A stretch of 32,000 nt of DNA from Patescibacteria group bacterium (GCA_035568355.1 DATMOD010000055.1:9898-41897), one strand, 5' to 3'; numbered from the stretch's first letter, positions 1-8,677 are shown. Made by a program: numbers and translations. The notes: a model not told the origin generated them from the letters alone.

Positions 1-1419
1 CGGGGAATTATTAGCTTCTGCTTCATCCCATATTAAGAAGACTGCAGTGCGCCCCTCTTTATATGTCTTACTGTCGAATAGAGCTGGTAGATAAGCTTGT
101 ACCCATTGGTCGCCTCGTGGTGGGCCCTGGCTGTGCATGTCATTATCTAAATTGGGAGTGACATATGCAAAGTTAGGTAGAGTATTGTTGCGTATATCAT
201 CGATTAGAGCTCCTCGTGGTGTTCCAGAAAGCGCAGGGATCGGTACGTCGTTGGTCTGACACTGCTGACGAATTCGCGAGAAGTAGAGTACACCATCATG
301 CCATGGAGCGTAGCGGCCCACTTGGCTGTCGCTGGCTGTGCAATTGTGTGGCGCAGACTCTTGGTAGGATTTCCAGGTTAGGTGGGCGGCATTAAGTTGA
401 TCTAGGATTGATTCGGTAGGTAGAGTGTACCTACCTGGTCCGTAGGTAGCAGCGTTCAGCAGGCAGCCGCTTCCGGTCCGGCCGTTACCGGTTATGCAGT
501 TTGAACCAGCTAGATCAGCTATATAGTTGATTACTGAGTGGTAGCCTGGTCCAAGTTCAGAGATTGGCTCATTGTTTCGGAAGTTTGTGCTATAAGCGCA
601 TTGGTTGGAAAGATTTCTGATATAAGGCGCCCCATTTAGAACGCTGTCGCGAGAACGGTTTTCTTCAAGGATCCATATAATGTGGTCGTAGCGTTGTGGG
701 GGCGCGCTATTTGCTTGGCACGGATGCGCAGCTGAGACTGGGGGGGCGGGTGGTCCCGGCGGCGTAGGCACAGGTGTTGGTATTGGGACTGGCACAGGTG
801 TTGGAGTTGGAGTAGGCACAGGTTGTGGTTGAGGCTCTGGTTGAGGTGCTGGTTGCGGTTGTAGGCCGTAGCAATCCTCCTCATTGGGATACCAGTCTCC
901 CAAATTCCTATGTCCATCTACCTCCCCTGTAGGCATGACATAGACTCTTTGTAGGGTATCTGTGTTTGGATCTTCTGCATTTTCTACGCACGTGGCAGCT
1001 ACATGTAGCCTTGTACCATCTGTAAAGACTCTCCAGACTGGGGCCTGTCCGTCTCCTCTAACAAAGTGAACTTCACTTGGGTATGGGCAATAGGCAGAAT
1101 AACTATTGCCGTAGTTATCTACGGCACTTTGATCAACTTGAATGGGGTCTCCTGCCCCGCCTCTTACTCGTATGCAGTTTAGTAGCAGGTCATTACCCAC
1201 ATAATGTCTTGTATCATTCTTAATCCAGAAGACATCTCCATTGGGGGCAAGAAGCATTTTATCTTCGTAGGGGGAGGAAGCGTGCGAGGTGAGTAGGAAG
1301 TAGCCTATAACTGCAAAAGACAGGGCGACTCCTATGGAGACAATCATATTAACGAGTGATAGTCTCGGAGATAATCTCTGAAAAGCCGAATACCAATCTC
1401 TGATCTTTTTTGTTTTCAT
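1..1419 (-). CDS. Membrane-anchored phosphoesterase family protein (phospholipase C / acid phosphatase type, PF04185-like); 3' end lies outside the window
   Basis: Absent from the ORF track because it runs off the window edge. Hand translation of the minus strand from ATG 1419..1417 gives 473 uninterrupted codons down to position 1. The N-terminus is MKTKKIRDWYSAFQRLSPRLSLVNMIVSIGVALSFAVIGYFLL, with one TM helix. A Cys-containing domain follows, then a Pro-rich linker PQPAPQPEPQPQPVPTPTPTPVPVPIPTPVPTPPGPPAPP (about nt 740-860). After that come HIIWILEENRS, NYIADLAGSN, YVTPNLDNDMHS, GDQWV and AVFLIWDEA, the motif series I associate with the phosphoesterase family. Confidence 0.75.
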   Translation of the reverse strand, partial: MKTKKIRDWYSAFQRLSPRLSLVNMIVSIGVALSFAVIGYFLLTSHASSPYEDKMLLAPNGDVFWIKNDTRHYVGNDLLLNCIRVRGGAGDPIQVDQSAVDNYGNSYSAYCPYPSEVHFVRGDGQAPVWRVFTDGTRLHVAATCVENAEDPNTDTLQRVYVMPTGEVDGHRNLGDWYPNEEDCYGLQPQPAPQPEPQPQPVPTPTPTPVPVPIPTPVPTPPGPPAPPVSAAHPCQANSAPPQRYDHIIWILEENRSRDSVLNGAPYIRNLSNQCAYSTNFRNNEPISELGPGYHSVINYIADLAGSNCITGNGRTGSGCLLNAATYGPGRYTLPTESILDQLNAAHLTWKSYQESAPHNCTASDSQVGRYAPWHDGVLYFSRIRQQCQTNDVPIPALSGTPRGALIDDIRNNTLPNFAYVTPNLDNDMHSQGPPRGDQWVQAYLPALFDSKTYKEGRTAVFLIWDEAEANNSP

Positions 1420-1531
1420 AGCTCTTATGCTCTAATATTGTTGTTAGTATAGATATGTATGGTGCGACTGTCAATTGAGTAACTTCTACGGTCTTTTATC
1501 CTAAAAACTCCCATAAACTAGCATCGACAGA

Positions 1532-1561
1532 TTGACGTACACTCGATCTTGCCCGTATAAT
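1532..1561 (+). promoter_or_regulatory. Sigma70-type promoter for tRNA-Asn
   Basis: TTGACG (1532-1537), an 18-nt spacer, then TATAAT (1556-1561). The hexamer ends 11 nt before the first tRNA nucleotide. Confidence 0.55.
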
Positions 1562-1572
1562 GATCTTCGTAT

Positions 1573-1647
1573 TCCGGGGTAGCTCAGTGGTAGAGCGGGG
1601 CGCTGTTAACGCTTAGGTCGGAGGTTCGAATCCTCTCCCCGGAGCCA
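1573..1647 (+). tRNA. tRNA-Asn (anticodon GTT), CCA encoded
   Basis: Cloverleaf folded by hand. Acceptor stem is TCCGGGG/CCCCGGA. D arm is GCTC-AGTGGTA-GAGC. Anticodon stem is GGGCG/CGCTT with loop CT-GTT-AA. Variable loop is AGGTC. T arm is GGAGG-TTCGAAT-CCTCT. Discriminator is G, followed by CCA. Confidence 0.9.
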
Positions 1648-1664
1648 GAGTTAGAATCACATTA

Positions 1665-1695
1665 AAAAGAGGCAAAATGCCTCTTTTGTTATTTT
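1665..1695 (+). terminator. Rho-independent terminator after tRNA-Asn
   Basis: Hairpin AGAGGCA-AAA-TGCCTCT (1668-1684), followed by TTTGTTATTTT. Confidence 0.65.
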
Positions 1696-1773
1696 GGGTG
1701 AAATCGAAGTGGCTTAGTTAGAAAGCATTCGTTAAACAGACTTACGATAGTTCTTCATGCTACCATTATATCT

Positions 1774-2202
1774 ATGAATATGGTTGCCAAAGCTCTTCTT
1801 TACAACTCCAACGGACAAATTCTAATCTTAGAGAGAAGTAGCACGCACCCGCGTTTTGCAGGACATTTTGATCTGCCAGGTGGAGAGATTGAGCCTGGTG
1901 AAGATTCGGCACAGGCTACGATACGAGAAATCTTTGAAGAAACTGGCATTATAATTCCTGACACTAACTTAGATTTGTTGTTTGATAAATATTCGAAAAT
2001 TGAACGAGCCCAGCATGTTCTGCATAAATTAACGCTGTCTTCGCCAATGCCGAGAGTAACCCTTAGCTGGGAACACTCAAATTATTTCTGGCTGACACCT
2101 GAACAAATTCTTAAGTCAGCGCTTCCACCTAATGCAGATGGTTATTTTGTGGATGTCGTGGAGTACTTGGTGGGCGCTTTTGACTTTATACAGCTTTTGT
2201 GA
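1774..2202 (+). CDS. NUDIX hydrolase
   Basis: Nudix box GGEIEPGEDSAQATIREIFEETGI fits GX5EX7REUXEEXGU. A second ATG at 1780 is an alternative start. Confidence 0.85.
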   Translation: MNMVAKALLYNSNGQILILERSSTHPRFAGHFDLPGGEIEPGEDSAQATIREIFEETGIIIPDTNLDLLFDKYSKIERAQHVLHKLTLSSPMPRVTLSWEHSNYFWLTPEQILKSALPPNADGYFVDVVEYLVGAFDFIQLL

Positions 2203-2215
2203 TATTTTAATCTTC

Positions 2216-2243
2216 AAATGAGTGCCAGTAAATGAGTGCCAGT
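2216..2243 (+). repeat. Perfect 14-bp tandem duplication spanning the start codon of the next gene
   Basis: AAATGAGTGCCAGT occurs at 2216-2229 and again at 2230-2243. The first copy creates a mini-ORF ATG AGT GCC AGT AAA TGA (2218-2235). Its TGA overlaps the real ATG (2232-2234) in an ATGA arrangement. Confidence 0.9.
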
Positions 2244-2711
2244 TCCCAAGAAAATCATTCCACTACAGTATTTGAAGATGCATGGATGCAGTCCGGTGGA
2301 CATATCTTTAAGTCTGAAAAGCATGGAGTGATGGCGAGGCCCGATCTCTTCCCGAAGTTTAATCTTCAGGTTGTCGTAACACCTAGAAATGGCTCGCCAG
2401 GAAACTTAGTGCGCTTTAGTGATTTACCGCGCTCCACTAGACTAAAGCTTCATATGGTAGCAGACGAAGTAGAAGAACAAATTGCAGAGCACTGCGGACC
2501 TGACCAGAGAGTTATCACGCACGTAGAAGGATTTAGTGTAGGCGATCACCCGCATGTTGTCCTGTTTCGTGCTGAGCGTAGGGAAGGGGAGCGGCTATAT
2601 ACCGGCAGTCCACTCGGGCCATTAGCTGTTCAGAATACACTCGAAGTCATTACTTTTACTCCTGTTAAAGCTCAGCTGTTGGAGGCTCGCCTAGACGAAA
2701 TTCAATGCTAG
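2232..2711 (+). CDS. HIT-like (histidine triad superfamily-like) protein
   Basis: The layout resembles HIT proteins: FNLQVVVTPRN, FSDLP, then a degenerate triad GDHPHVVLF with only two His. The assignment is tentative. Confidence 0.45.
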   Translation: MSASSQENHSTTVFEDAWMQSGGHIFKSEKHGVMARPDLFPKFNLQVVVTPRNGSPGNLVRFSDLPRSTRLKLHMVADEVEEQIAEHCGPDQRVITHVEGFSVGDHPHVVLFRAERREGERLYTGSPLGPLAVQNTLEVITFTPVKAQLLEARLDEIQC

Positions 2712-2800
2712 TCTTCCGCAGTTCTTGTTAATAATTCTCCGTCAATTTTCAGACTTGCTTCATATACTAAAATGATATGTGAGGACATTGTTAGGATTGT

Positions 2801-3247
2801 ATGAAAAAAGTCGCTATTTCATTGTTAACCATTGCTTCGTTTATTTTTTATAGTTGGCATGCGCGTAACGAGCAAAGTAATGCACGCGCTACTTTGCCTA
2901 CAACCTTGCCGGCTCAAAATTCAAGTAGCTCACCGACAACAGTACAGCCCATGATGTCATCTGGATTAAAAGACGGCACATTTACAGGGACTCCTGCCGA
3001 TGCGGTATATGGTAATATCCAAGTCCAAGCAGTTATAAGTAGTGGCAAAATCGTTGATGTGGTTTTTGTAAGCTATCCGAATGATCGCAACACTTCAATC
3101 CAAATCAATCAGCAGGCCATGCCACTCCTAAAGCAAGAAGCTATACAGGCGCAAAGTGCGAGCATTGATGGCGTCACTGGTGCTACTGACTCAAGCCAAG
3201 CATTTATTCAATCTTTAAGCTCTGCCTTGCAGCAAGCAAAAGCCTAA
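2801..3247 (+). CDS. Membrane-anchored or secreted FMN-binding domain protein (FMN_bind, NqrC/RnfG-type flavinylation substrate)
   Basis: N-terminal hydrophobic anchor MKKVAISLLTIASFIFYSW. The C-terminal FMN_bind-like domain carries the flavinylation motif DGVTGATDSS, of [ST]GA[ST] type. Confidence 0.8.
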   Translation: MKKVAISLLTIASFIFYSWHARNEQSNARATLPTTLPAQNSSSSPTTVQPMMSSGLKDGTFTGTPADAVYGNIQVQAVISSGKIVDVVFVSYPNDRNTSIQINQQAMPLLKQEAIQAQSASIDGVTGATDSSQAFIQSLSSALQQAKA

Positions 3248-3250
3248 CCC

Positions 3251-3985
3251 ATGAAACAACACATAGAACACATCATGGGCATGCCGATCAACATTACGAC
3301 CGTTCATGATAACCAGGCGGCAGTCAAAGAAGCATTCGAATATTTTCGTGCCATCGATAATCAATACAGTACCTACAAACCTGATAGCGAAATATCTAAA
3401 ATAAATAATGGTTTGCCAAAAGATGCTTGGAGTGAAAGCATGAAGCTTATTTTTGATCTCTGCGAGCAAACCAAAGAACAGACTAATGGGTATTTTGATA
3501 TAAAGCGTAACGGCAAGATCGACCCCTCGGGTCTGGTTAAGGGATGGTCAATCAAAAAAGCTGCTGACCTTCTGCTCAGTAAAGGCGTTAAAGATTTTTA
3601 TATTGAGGCTGGAGGTGATATCCAGTCATACGGGCTTAATCATAAAAAACAAGCTTGGCGTTTCGGCATACGTAATCCGTTCAATCGCAATGAGAATGTA
3701 AAGATAATCAGTGCGCCAGGCTACGGTATTGCGACATCGGGTACATATATTCGCGGCCAGCATATTTATAACCCTTTTAAACCCGCGCAATCAATCACTG
3801 ATATAGTGAGCCTTACAGTCATAGGCCCTGATATATACGGAGCCGATCGGTTTGCAACAGCGGCATTTGCTATGGGGCGCGAGGGTATTCGCTTTATAGA
3901 CGGTCTGGCTGGGTTCGAGGGGTATCTAATCGACAGTGATGGTATCGCTACATCGAGCCAAGGTTTCAAGGAGTACGTTATATGA
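3251..3985 (+). CDS. apbE: FAD:protein FMN transferase (ApbE family)
   Basis: ApbE-type motifs are present: MGMPINIT near the N-terminus, DPSGLVKGWSIKKAADLL, IEAGGDI, IATSGTYIRG and ADRFATAAF. No signal peptide or lipobox is present. The ORF is in the same reading frame as 2801..3247, separated only by TAA CCC. Confidence 0.85.
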   Translation: MKQHIEHIMGMPINITTVHDNQAAVKEAFEYFRAIDNQYSTYKPDSEISKINNGLPKDAWSESMKLIFDLCEQTKEQTNGYFDIKRNGKIDPSGLVKGWSIKKAADLLLSKGVKDFYIEAGGDIQSYGLNHKKQAWRFGIRNPFNRNENVKIISAPGYGIATSGTYIRGQHIYNPFKPAQSITDIVSLTVIGPDIYGADRFATAAFAMGREGIRFIDGLAGFEGYLIDSDGIATSSQGFKEYVI

Positions 3986-5490
3986 AATGGCTCGATGCGT
4001 TCATGGATCGGTTCACTATGTATCGGTTGCTTCTGTACTATCTAATCTTGCTGCTTTTCGCCGCCATAATACTGAGTGCGTTTGGCCTTATTCATTACCA
4101 GCCACTTGATATACTTTTTTGTTCACTTCTTTTGACAGCTACCTGTTGGCTCAGTAATAAATTGTTTGCATTTGTTTTTGAGGCGCCGACCAATGTCGAA
4201 TCGCCGCTTATAACAGCACTTATTTTGGCGCTTATTATTTCCCCATCACATAACTCTAGTGGCTTCATATTCATGATTGCTGCCGGCGGGTTGGCTATGG
4301 CATCAAAATATATTCTTGCTGTTAAAAAACGACATATCTTCAACCCGGCTGCCATAGCAGTTGCGCTCACTAGCTTTGGTGCAGGTGATGCGGCAAGTTG
4401 GTGGGTTGGTACGGTCTGGATGCTGCCGTTCGTACTTGTTGGTGGTATTTTGCTGACTCGCCGTATTAGGCGAAGCAAGATGGTCGTCTGGTTTGCTTTG
4501 ACTGCAATTATTGCAACCGCCGCTCTGGCGATTCTCAATGGCACCAATGCCTATACCGCAGCCCAGAAAGAAATACTTAATTCTGCTCTTTTCTTTATGG
4601 CTTTTGTTATGCTTACTGAGCCGTTAACCTCACCAACAACCAAGACAAAACAATCATGGTACGCCATTATAATCGGCCTGCTATTCCCGCCACAAATACA
4701 GCTTGCTGGGATTTACTCGACACCGGAGTTAACTCTGCTTATTGGCAACGTTTTTAGTTATCTTATTGGTCCACGCGTAAAGACATATCTGCACCTAAAA
4801 GAACGTGTCAGGCTGTCCCCAGATAGTATAGATTTTATCTTTACTCCAGAGGATAAATTTTCTTATAAAGCTGGTCAATTTGTAGAGCTCACTTTGCAAC
4901 ATCCTGAAACCGATTCACGCGGTGCGCGCCGTTATTTTACTCTTGCTTCTTCGCCGACAGAGCAAGATGTACAGTTCGGAATTAAATTCTATAAACCAGG
5001 CAGTAGTTTTAAGCGTGCGCTTCTTGAACTAAAGAACGAAACGCCAATTATTGCCGCACAGGTTGGTGGAGATTTTATATTGCCTGAAGATTCTAAACAA
5101 AAAATTGTTTTTATAGCCGGGGGCATTGGCGTTACTCCCTTTAGGAGTATGATTAAATACTTGATCGACACAAAGCAATCACGCCCGATTACGCTGCTGT
5201 ATTCTGCCAAAAACCAAGCCGATCTAGTCTATCGTGAAGTCTTTGAGCAAGCCAGCACACAACTTGGTATAAACGTCTTCTACTTTGTGGATGGCAATAC
5301 CGCTATGCCGCCTGTACATAATGGTCGCCTAAATGAATCAGTTATTAAAAAAGTAGTGCCAGATATCGAAGATAGTCTATTTTATATATCCGGTCCTCAT
5401 GGAATGGTTGTTGCAACCGAAGAGCAATTACGTAACCTAGGCGTTGCTGAAAGTCATATTAAAAAAGATTTCTTTTCGGGGTATGCTTAA
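3982..5490 (+). CDS. Polytopic membrane protein: NqrB/RnfD-like N-terminal half fused to a ferredoxin-NADP reductase-type FAD/NAD(P)-binding domain
   Basis: The first ~250 aa contain multiple hydrophobic helices and KRHIFNPAA, an NqrB/RnfD-style FNPA motif. The C-terminal half has RRYFTLASSP (RxY[ST] FAD motif) and GGIGVTPF (NAD(P)-binding). The start overlaps the apbE stop as ATGA at 3982-3985. Confidence 0.7.
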   Translation: MKWLDAFMDRFTMYRLLLYYLILLLFAAIILSAFGLIHYQPLDILFCSLLLTATCWLSNKLFAFVFEAPTNVESPLITALILALIISPSHNSSGFIFMIAAGGLAMASKYILAVKKRHIFNPAAIAVALTSFGAGDAASWWVGTVWMLPFVLVGGILLTRRIRRSKMVVWFALTAIIATAALAILNGTNAYTAAQKEILNSALFFMAFVMLTEPLTSPTTKTKQSWYAIIIGLLFPPQIQLAGIYSTPELTLLIGNVFSYLIGPRVKTYLHLKERVRLSPDSIDFIFTPEDKFSYKAGQFVELTLQHPETDSRGARRYFTLASSPTEQDVQFGIKFYKPGSSFKRALLELKNETPIIAAQVGGDFILPEDSKQKIVFIAGGIGVTPFRSMIKYLIDTKQSRPITLLYSAKNQADLVYREVFEQASTQLGINVFYFVDGNTAMPPVHNGRLNESVIKKVVPDIEDSLFYISGPHGMVVATEEQLRNLGVAESHIKKDFFSGYA

Positions 5491-5512
5491 GGCATTGCTG
5501 ATTTTAGAGATA

Positions 5513-8500
5513 TTATTCGATAATTTGCTTGCCGCTGCGACTCATAACTCCAGATATAGGTAGCTTTAAATAGAAGGTTGTCCCTTTGTTTTCGACTGAT
5601 TCAAACCAAACCTCACCTCCGCAGCATTTAACGATGGCTTTTACTAGATAAAGTCCCAATCCAAAACCTTCTGCTGTTTTTGCGCGTACGTTGTCAGCAC
5701 GAAAAAGCTTAGTAAATATTCTACCCTGCTGGTTTTGGGGAATTCCATAGCCTGAGTCGCTCACTTTAATGGTTGCGCTGGTCCTGTCTTTAGTGACCGT
5801 CACGCCAATAAGCCCTTTTGGGGGAGTGTACTTGATGGCATTAGTCATCAGATTCTCAATTACAATTCTGAAAAGGCGTGAGTCATTATACATGACCAAC
5901 TTTTCGGGACAAACTATTCGAACATCTAGATCCTTTTCGTTTATTTGCTCCGAAAGTTCATTAAGCTGAGCATGAATTATAGGTATGATGTCCATATCTT
6001 TTGGGTCTATAGCAATACTGCCGGACTCAAGTCGGGATATGTTTAGTAGGGAACTGACAAGCTTAATCGTACGAACTATCGCCTCGTAAGCCCCACTTAT
6101 GTATATCTTTTGTTTAGGATCTAATTTTCCTGCCCCGCCATCTAGAAGCATCTCTGAATTCCACTTGGCTGCCGTTAGGGGAGTTCTTAATTGGTGCGAG
6201 GCTAGCGATACAAACTCAGTTTTGGCTTTATCAATGCTTGCTTCAAGTGTTAAGTCATGAACGATTTCAACGGCTCCTGTAACTTTACCATCAACAGATA
6301 TTGGGGTGATTGTGCCCCCTGCTATGAAAGTCGTGCCATTTTTACGCACATACATTAAGCTCTCACTCATCTCTATTCTTAACATCTTGTTGCTATTAAG
6401 CACCTTTGTAATCTTCCTATGTGAAAAAGGAATAGCGCGTTTATAGCTGTCGACCATGACTATAGCTTTAGCTAGTGGTTTACCGTAAACCTCTTCCTCT
6501 TTGTAGCCAAACATCTCAAAAAAACCATTATTAGTTAAGACGATTTTGCCATCATTATCAGTGACCACTAGAGCCTCGCCGATACTTGTCAAAATCGCCT
6601 CGTCTTTTTGGGCCACCAAAACTGCCTTACTTCGCTCTTTTTCGAGGTCTTCAGTGATCAGTTCGGCTAGTTTAAGCGCCTCACGACGACGATGCGCCAA
6701 TAGGACCACCGTGACAGCAGTCAGCAAGCTGGCAATAGCTCCGGCTAGCAAAACGCTATTCGAGCTAGTCAGTGTATCTGAGGGGATAGGGCTGCGCTGC
6801 AAGATAGATAAGGTGAGTTTATGGCCTGCAAAGGTAATGTCCCTACTAAACGCAACCTTGCTGTCATTATTAGTTTCTGAAGGTATCGATTTGAATATAA
6901 TATTCTTACTGCTGTCGTCATGCACGAACATACTTATATGACCACTCGAAGGATTGTTGGTAATAAAGTTCTGGAAGAATTGCTGATAACTAAATTGAGC
7001 GACTATAAAACCATTTAAGTCCGCAGGTTTGAATGTAGAAGGTGAATGTGCGCCTATTACAGGATGGCTATAAACTGCTATTGCAAGAAACATGCCTTGA
7101 TTGCTATTGATGTTTTTTGTAAACGATGGTATTCCTGACGCGCTTACACCTTCTGGCATTGCACTATACCTAGCTTTATCTAAGAGTTTAAGAGCTTGAG
7201 GATACTTAGCATAATCAACTCCAGATGGTATCTGTAGAGAAACTGGCACGACAAATGCAATCTGATATGACTGGTTTACCAAAGATGTGTTGCGCAGGAA
7301 TGCTATCGACGACAAAGCCGGATATCTATTTTGCAAGCCAGAGTTTATGAAGTAGTTTTCGAACCCCATAGCTTGAACAGAATTTGAAGACTGAAGAAAT
7401 GCCTTGTAGTCACGCAACACGTCTAAGTTAGCTTGCAGTTCGGTGCTCATAACACTAGCTAGACTGTTAAGCTCGGTAGCACGTTCGGCATTTTTTGAGT
7501 TTTGCCATATAAAGATACTCACCGTCATTGTAACCGCAAAAACAATTATGCCTTGCCAATAGTTCATAAAGATGCGAACCAAAATAGGGAATTGCCCAGT
7601 TGTTCGAGAAGCAATACCCATCAATGAGAGCTCAATACCAAAAAACACCACCATGGTGCCCAATTCTCGTGGTGTTGGTGTGCCAAGAACATTGGAGATG
7701 AGCACCCCGATAGTGGCTACTACGGCGACTATCAAAGCCGATCTAAACAACCGACTGCTAAGGCTAGAGCGACTAAAACGAATTAATGTCATTGGTATTA
7801 ACATACCTATAAAGATGAAGATAATTGCTACTGAAGTAGGGCACCTGAGGTTACCCTCGGCAGCTAGTTGACTAGAGAAAAGCCAACTATCAATAGGTAT
7901 TTTTATTCCGCTCAGAGCTCCCACTACAACCAAACTTCCGAATACGATCAACCATGCGCCGATCAGACCAATTGGCCATCGAAATCTGAGTTTATTTTTA
8001 GCGTTTAGGGTCAAAAATATGAGTGCAGAGGCGATCAAAATCATATTTAATGCAACCACAGGATTTCGCGGGTCATCTACTAGACCGAGTGTTTTTAAGT
8101 GTGAGTTGCTGCTATACCATCCAAACAAAACTAAGGTACCCAATAAACCAACAAGAAACGCGTAGGTTCGCACGATCAGGATCGCATTATTGTGTCGCTT
8201 TTTTCTACCCAATACCCAATTGACCGCTTCACTCCTAGTCTTAAAAATCATCGTTTTATTAACGACGGGACTTAGGCGGATTACGTATTGCGCGATTAGC
8301 GTTATAAAAGGGTTTGCCCCAAACACAGCGCTCTTGTCGACAACATAGTCTGTGGCTACACGAAGCACTTTTCTGGCATCTGCACTGACACCGGTGACAT
8401 TTGACACATCAGTTAACAAAAGTGTCTTTCTGCCCTGTTTAGCCAGTTTTCCAGTTCGTATTTTGCCATCTGCAAGCAATTGTTTGACTATGACATGTGT

Positions 8501-8611
8501 TATGTATCCGTGCATAACACATAGTACAATTGAGCCGTTCTCTATCAGGTGATAAGAATACCCACCATCGTCTTTAGCCTTCTTTCTTTTAAGTAAGTGA
8601 AAAAGCTTCAT
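5513..8611 (-). CDS. Large multidomain sensor histidine kinase (STAS/SpoIIAA-like N-terminus, polytopic membrane block, CHASE-like extracytoplasmic domain, PAS, HisKA, HATPase_c)
   Basis: H-box SHQLRTPLT. HATPase motifs NLMTNAIKYT, DSGYGIP and GFGLGLYLV. PAS-like segment EALVVTDNDGKIVLTNNGFFEMFGYKEEEVYGKP. About 8 TM helices occupy aa 160-380, with one more at SVLLAGAIASLLTAVTVVLLAH. The track start is 8653. I prefer ATG 8611 (MKLFHLLKRKK) because TGaTATACT lies 7 nt upstream of it. Confidence 0.85.
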   Translation of the reverse strand: MKLFHLLKRKKAKDDGGYSYHLIENGSIVLCVMHGYITHVIVKQLLADGKIRTGKLAKQGRKTLLLTDVSNVTGVSADARKVLRVATDYVVDKSAVFGANPFITLIAQYVIRLSPVVNKTMIFKTRSEAVNWVLGRKKRHNNAILIVRTYAFLVGLLGTLVLFGWYSSNSHLKTLGLVDDPRNPVVALNMILIASALIFLTLNAKNKLRFRWPIGLIGAWLIVFGSLVVVGALSGIKIPIDSWLFSSQLAAEGNLRCPTSVAIIFIFIGMLIPMTLIRFSRSSLSSRLFRSALIVAVVATIGVLISNVLGTPTPRELGTMVVFFGIELSLMGIASRTTGQFPILVRIFMNYWQGIIVFAVTMTVSIFIWQNSKNAERATELNSLASVMSTELQANLDVLRDYKAFLQSSNSVQAMGFENYFINSGLQNRYPALSSIAFLRNTSLVNQSYQIAFVVPVSLQIPSGVDYAKYPQALKLLDKARYSAMPEGVSASGIPSFTKNINSNQGMFLAIAVYSHPVIGAHSPSTFKPADLNGFIVAQFSYQQFFQNFITNNPSSGHISMFVHDDSSKNIIFKSIPSETNNDSKVAFSRDITFAGHKLTLSILQRSPIPSDTLTSSNSVLLAGAIASLLTAVTVVLLAHRRREALKLAELITEDLEKERSKAVLVAQKDEAILTSIGEALVVTDNDGKIVLTNNGFFEMFGYKEEEVYGKPLAKAIVMVDSYKRAIPFSHRKITKVLNSNKMLRIEMSESLMYVRKNGTTFIAGGTITPISVDGKVTGAVEIVHDLTLEASIDKAKTEFVSLASHQLRTPLTAAKWNSEMLLDGGAGKLDPKQKIYISGAYEAIVRTIKLVSSLLNISRLESGSIAIDPKDMDIIPIIHAQLNELSEQINEKDLDVRIVCPEKLVMYNDSRLFRIVIENLMTNAIKYTPPKGLIGVTVTKDRTSATIKVSDSGYGIPQNQQGRIFTKLFRADNVRAKTAEGFGLGLYLVKAIVKCCGGEVWFESVENKGTTFYLKLPISGVMSRSGKQIIE

Positions 8612-8618
8612 AAAACTC

Positions 8619-8627
8619 AGTATATCA
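8619..8627 (-). promoter_or_regulatory. Extended -10 element (TGaTATACT) 7 nt upstream of the histidine kinase ATG 8611
   Basis: The minus strand reads ggTGaTATACTgagttttATG. No SD sequence lies in between. Confidence 0.45.
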
Positions 8628-8677
8628 CCATGTAAATTTTTTAACATAAGCACATAGACAATTTAATTAAAGAAACA

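Noticed and set aside
636-917. Track ORF of 93 aa on the minus strand (MDIGIWETG…).
   Set aside because: It is out of frame within the 473-codon phosphoesterase ORF (1..1419). Its odd Q/H/L-rich sequence is the alternative-frame reading of the Pro-rich linker and its flanks.
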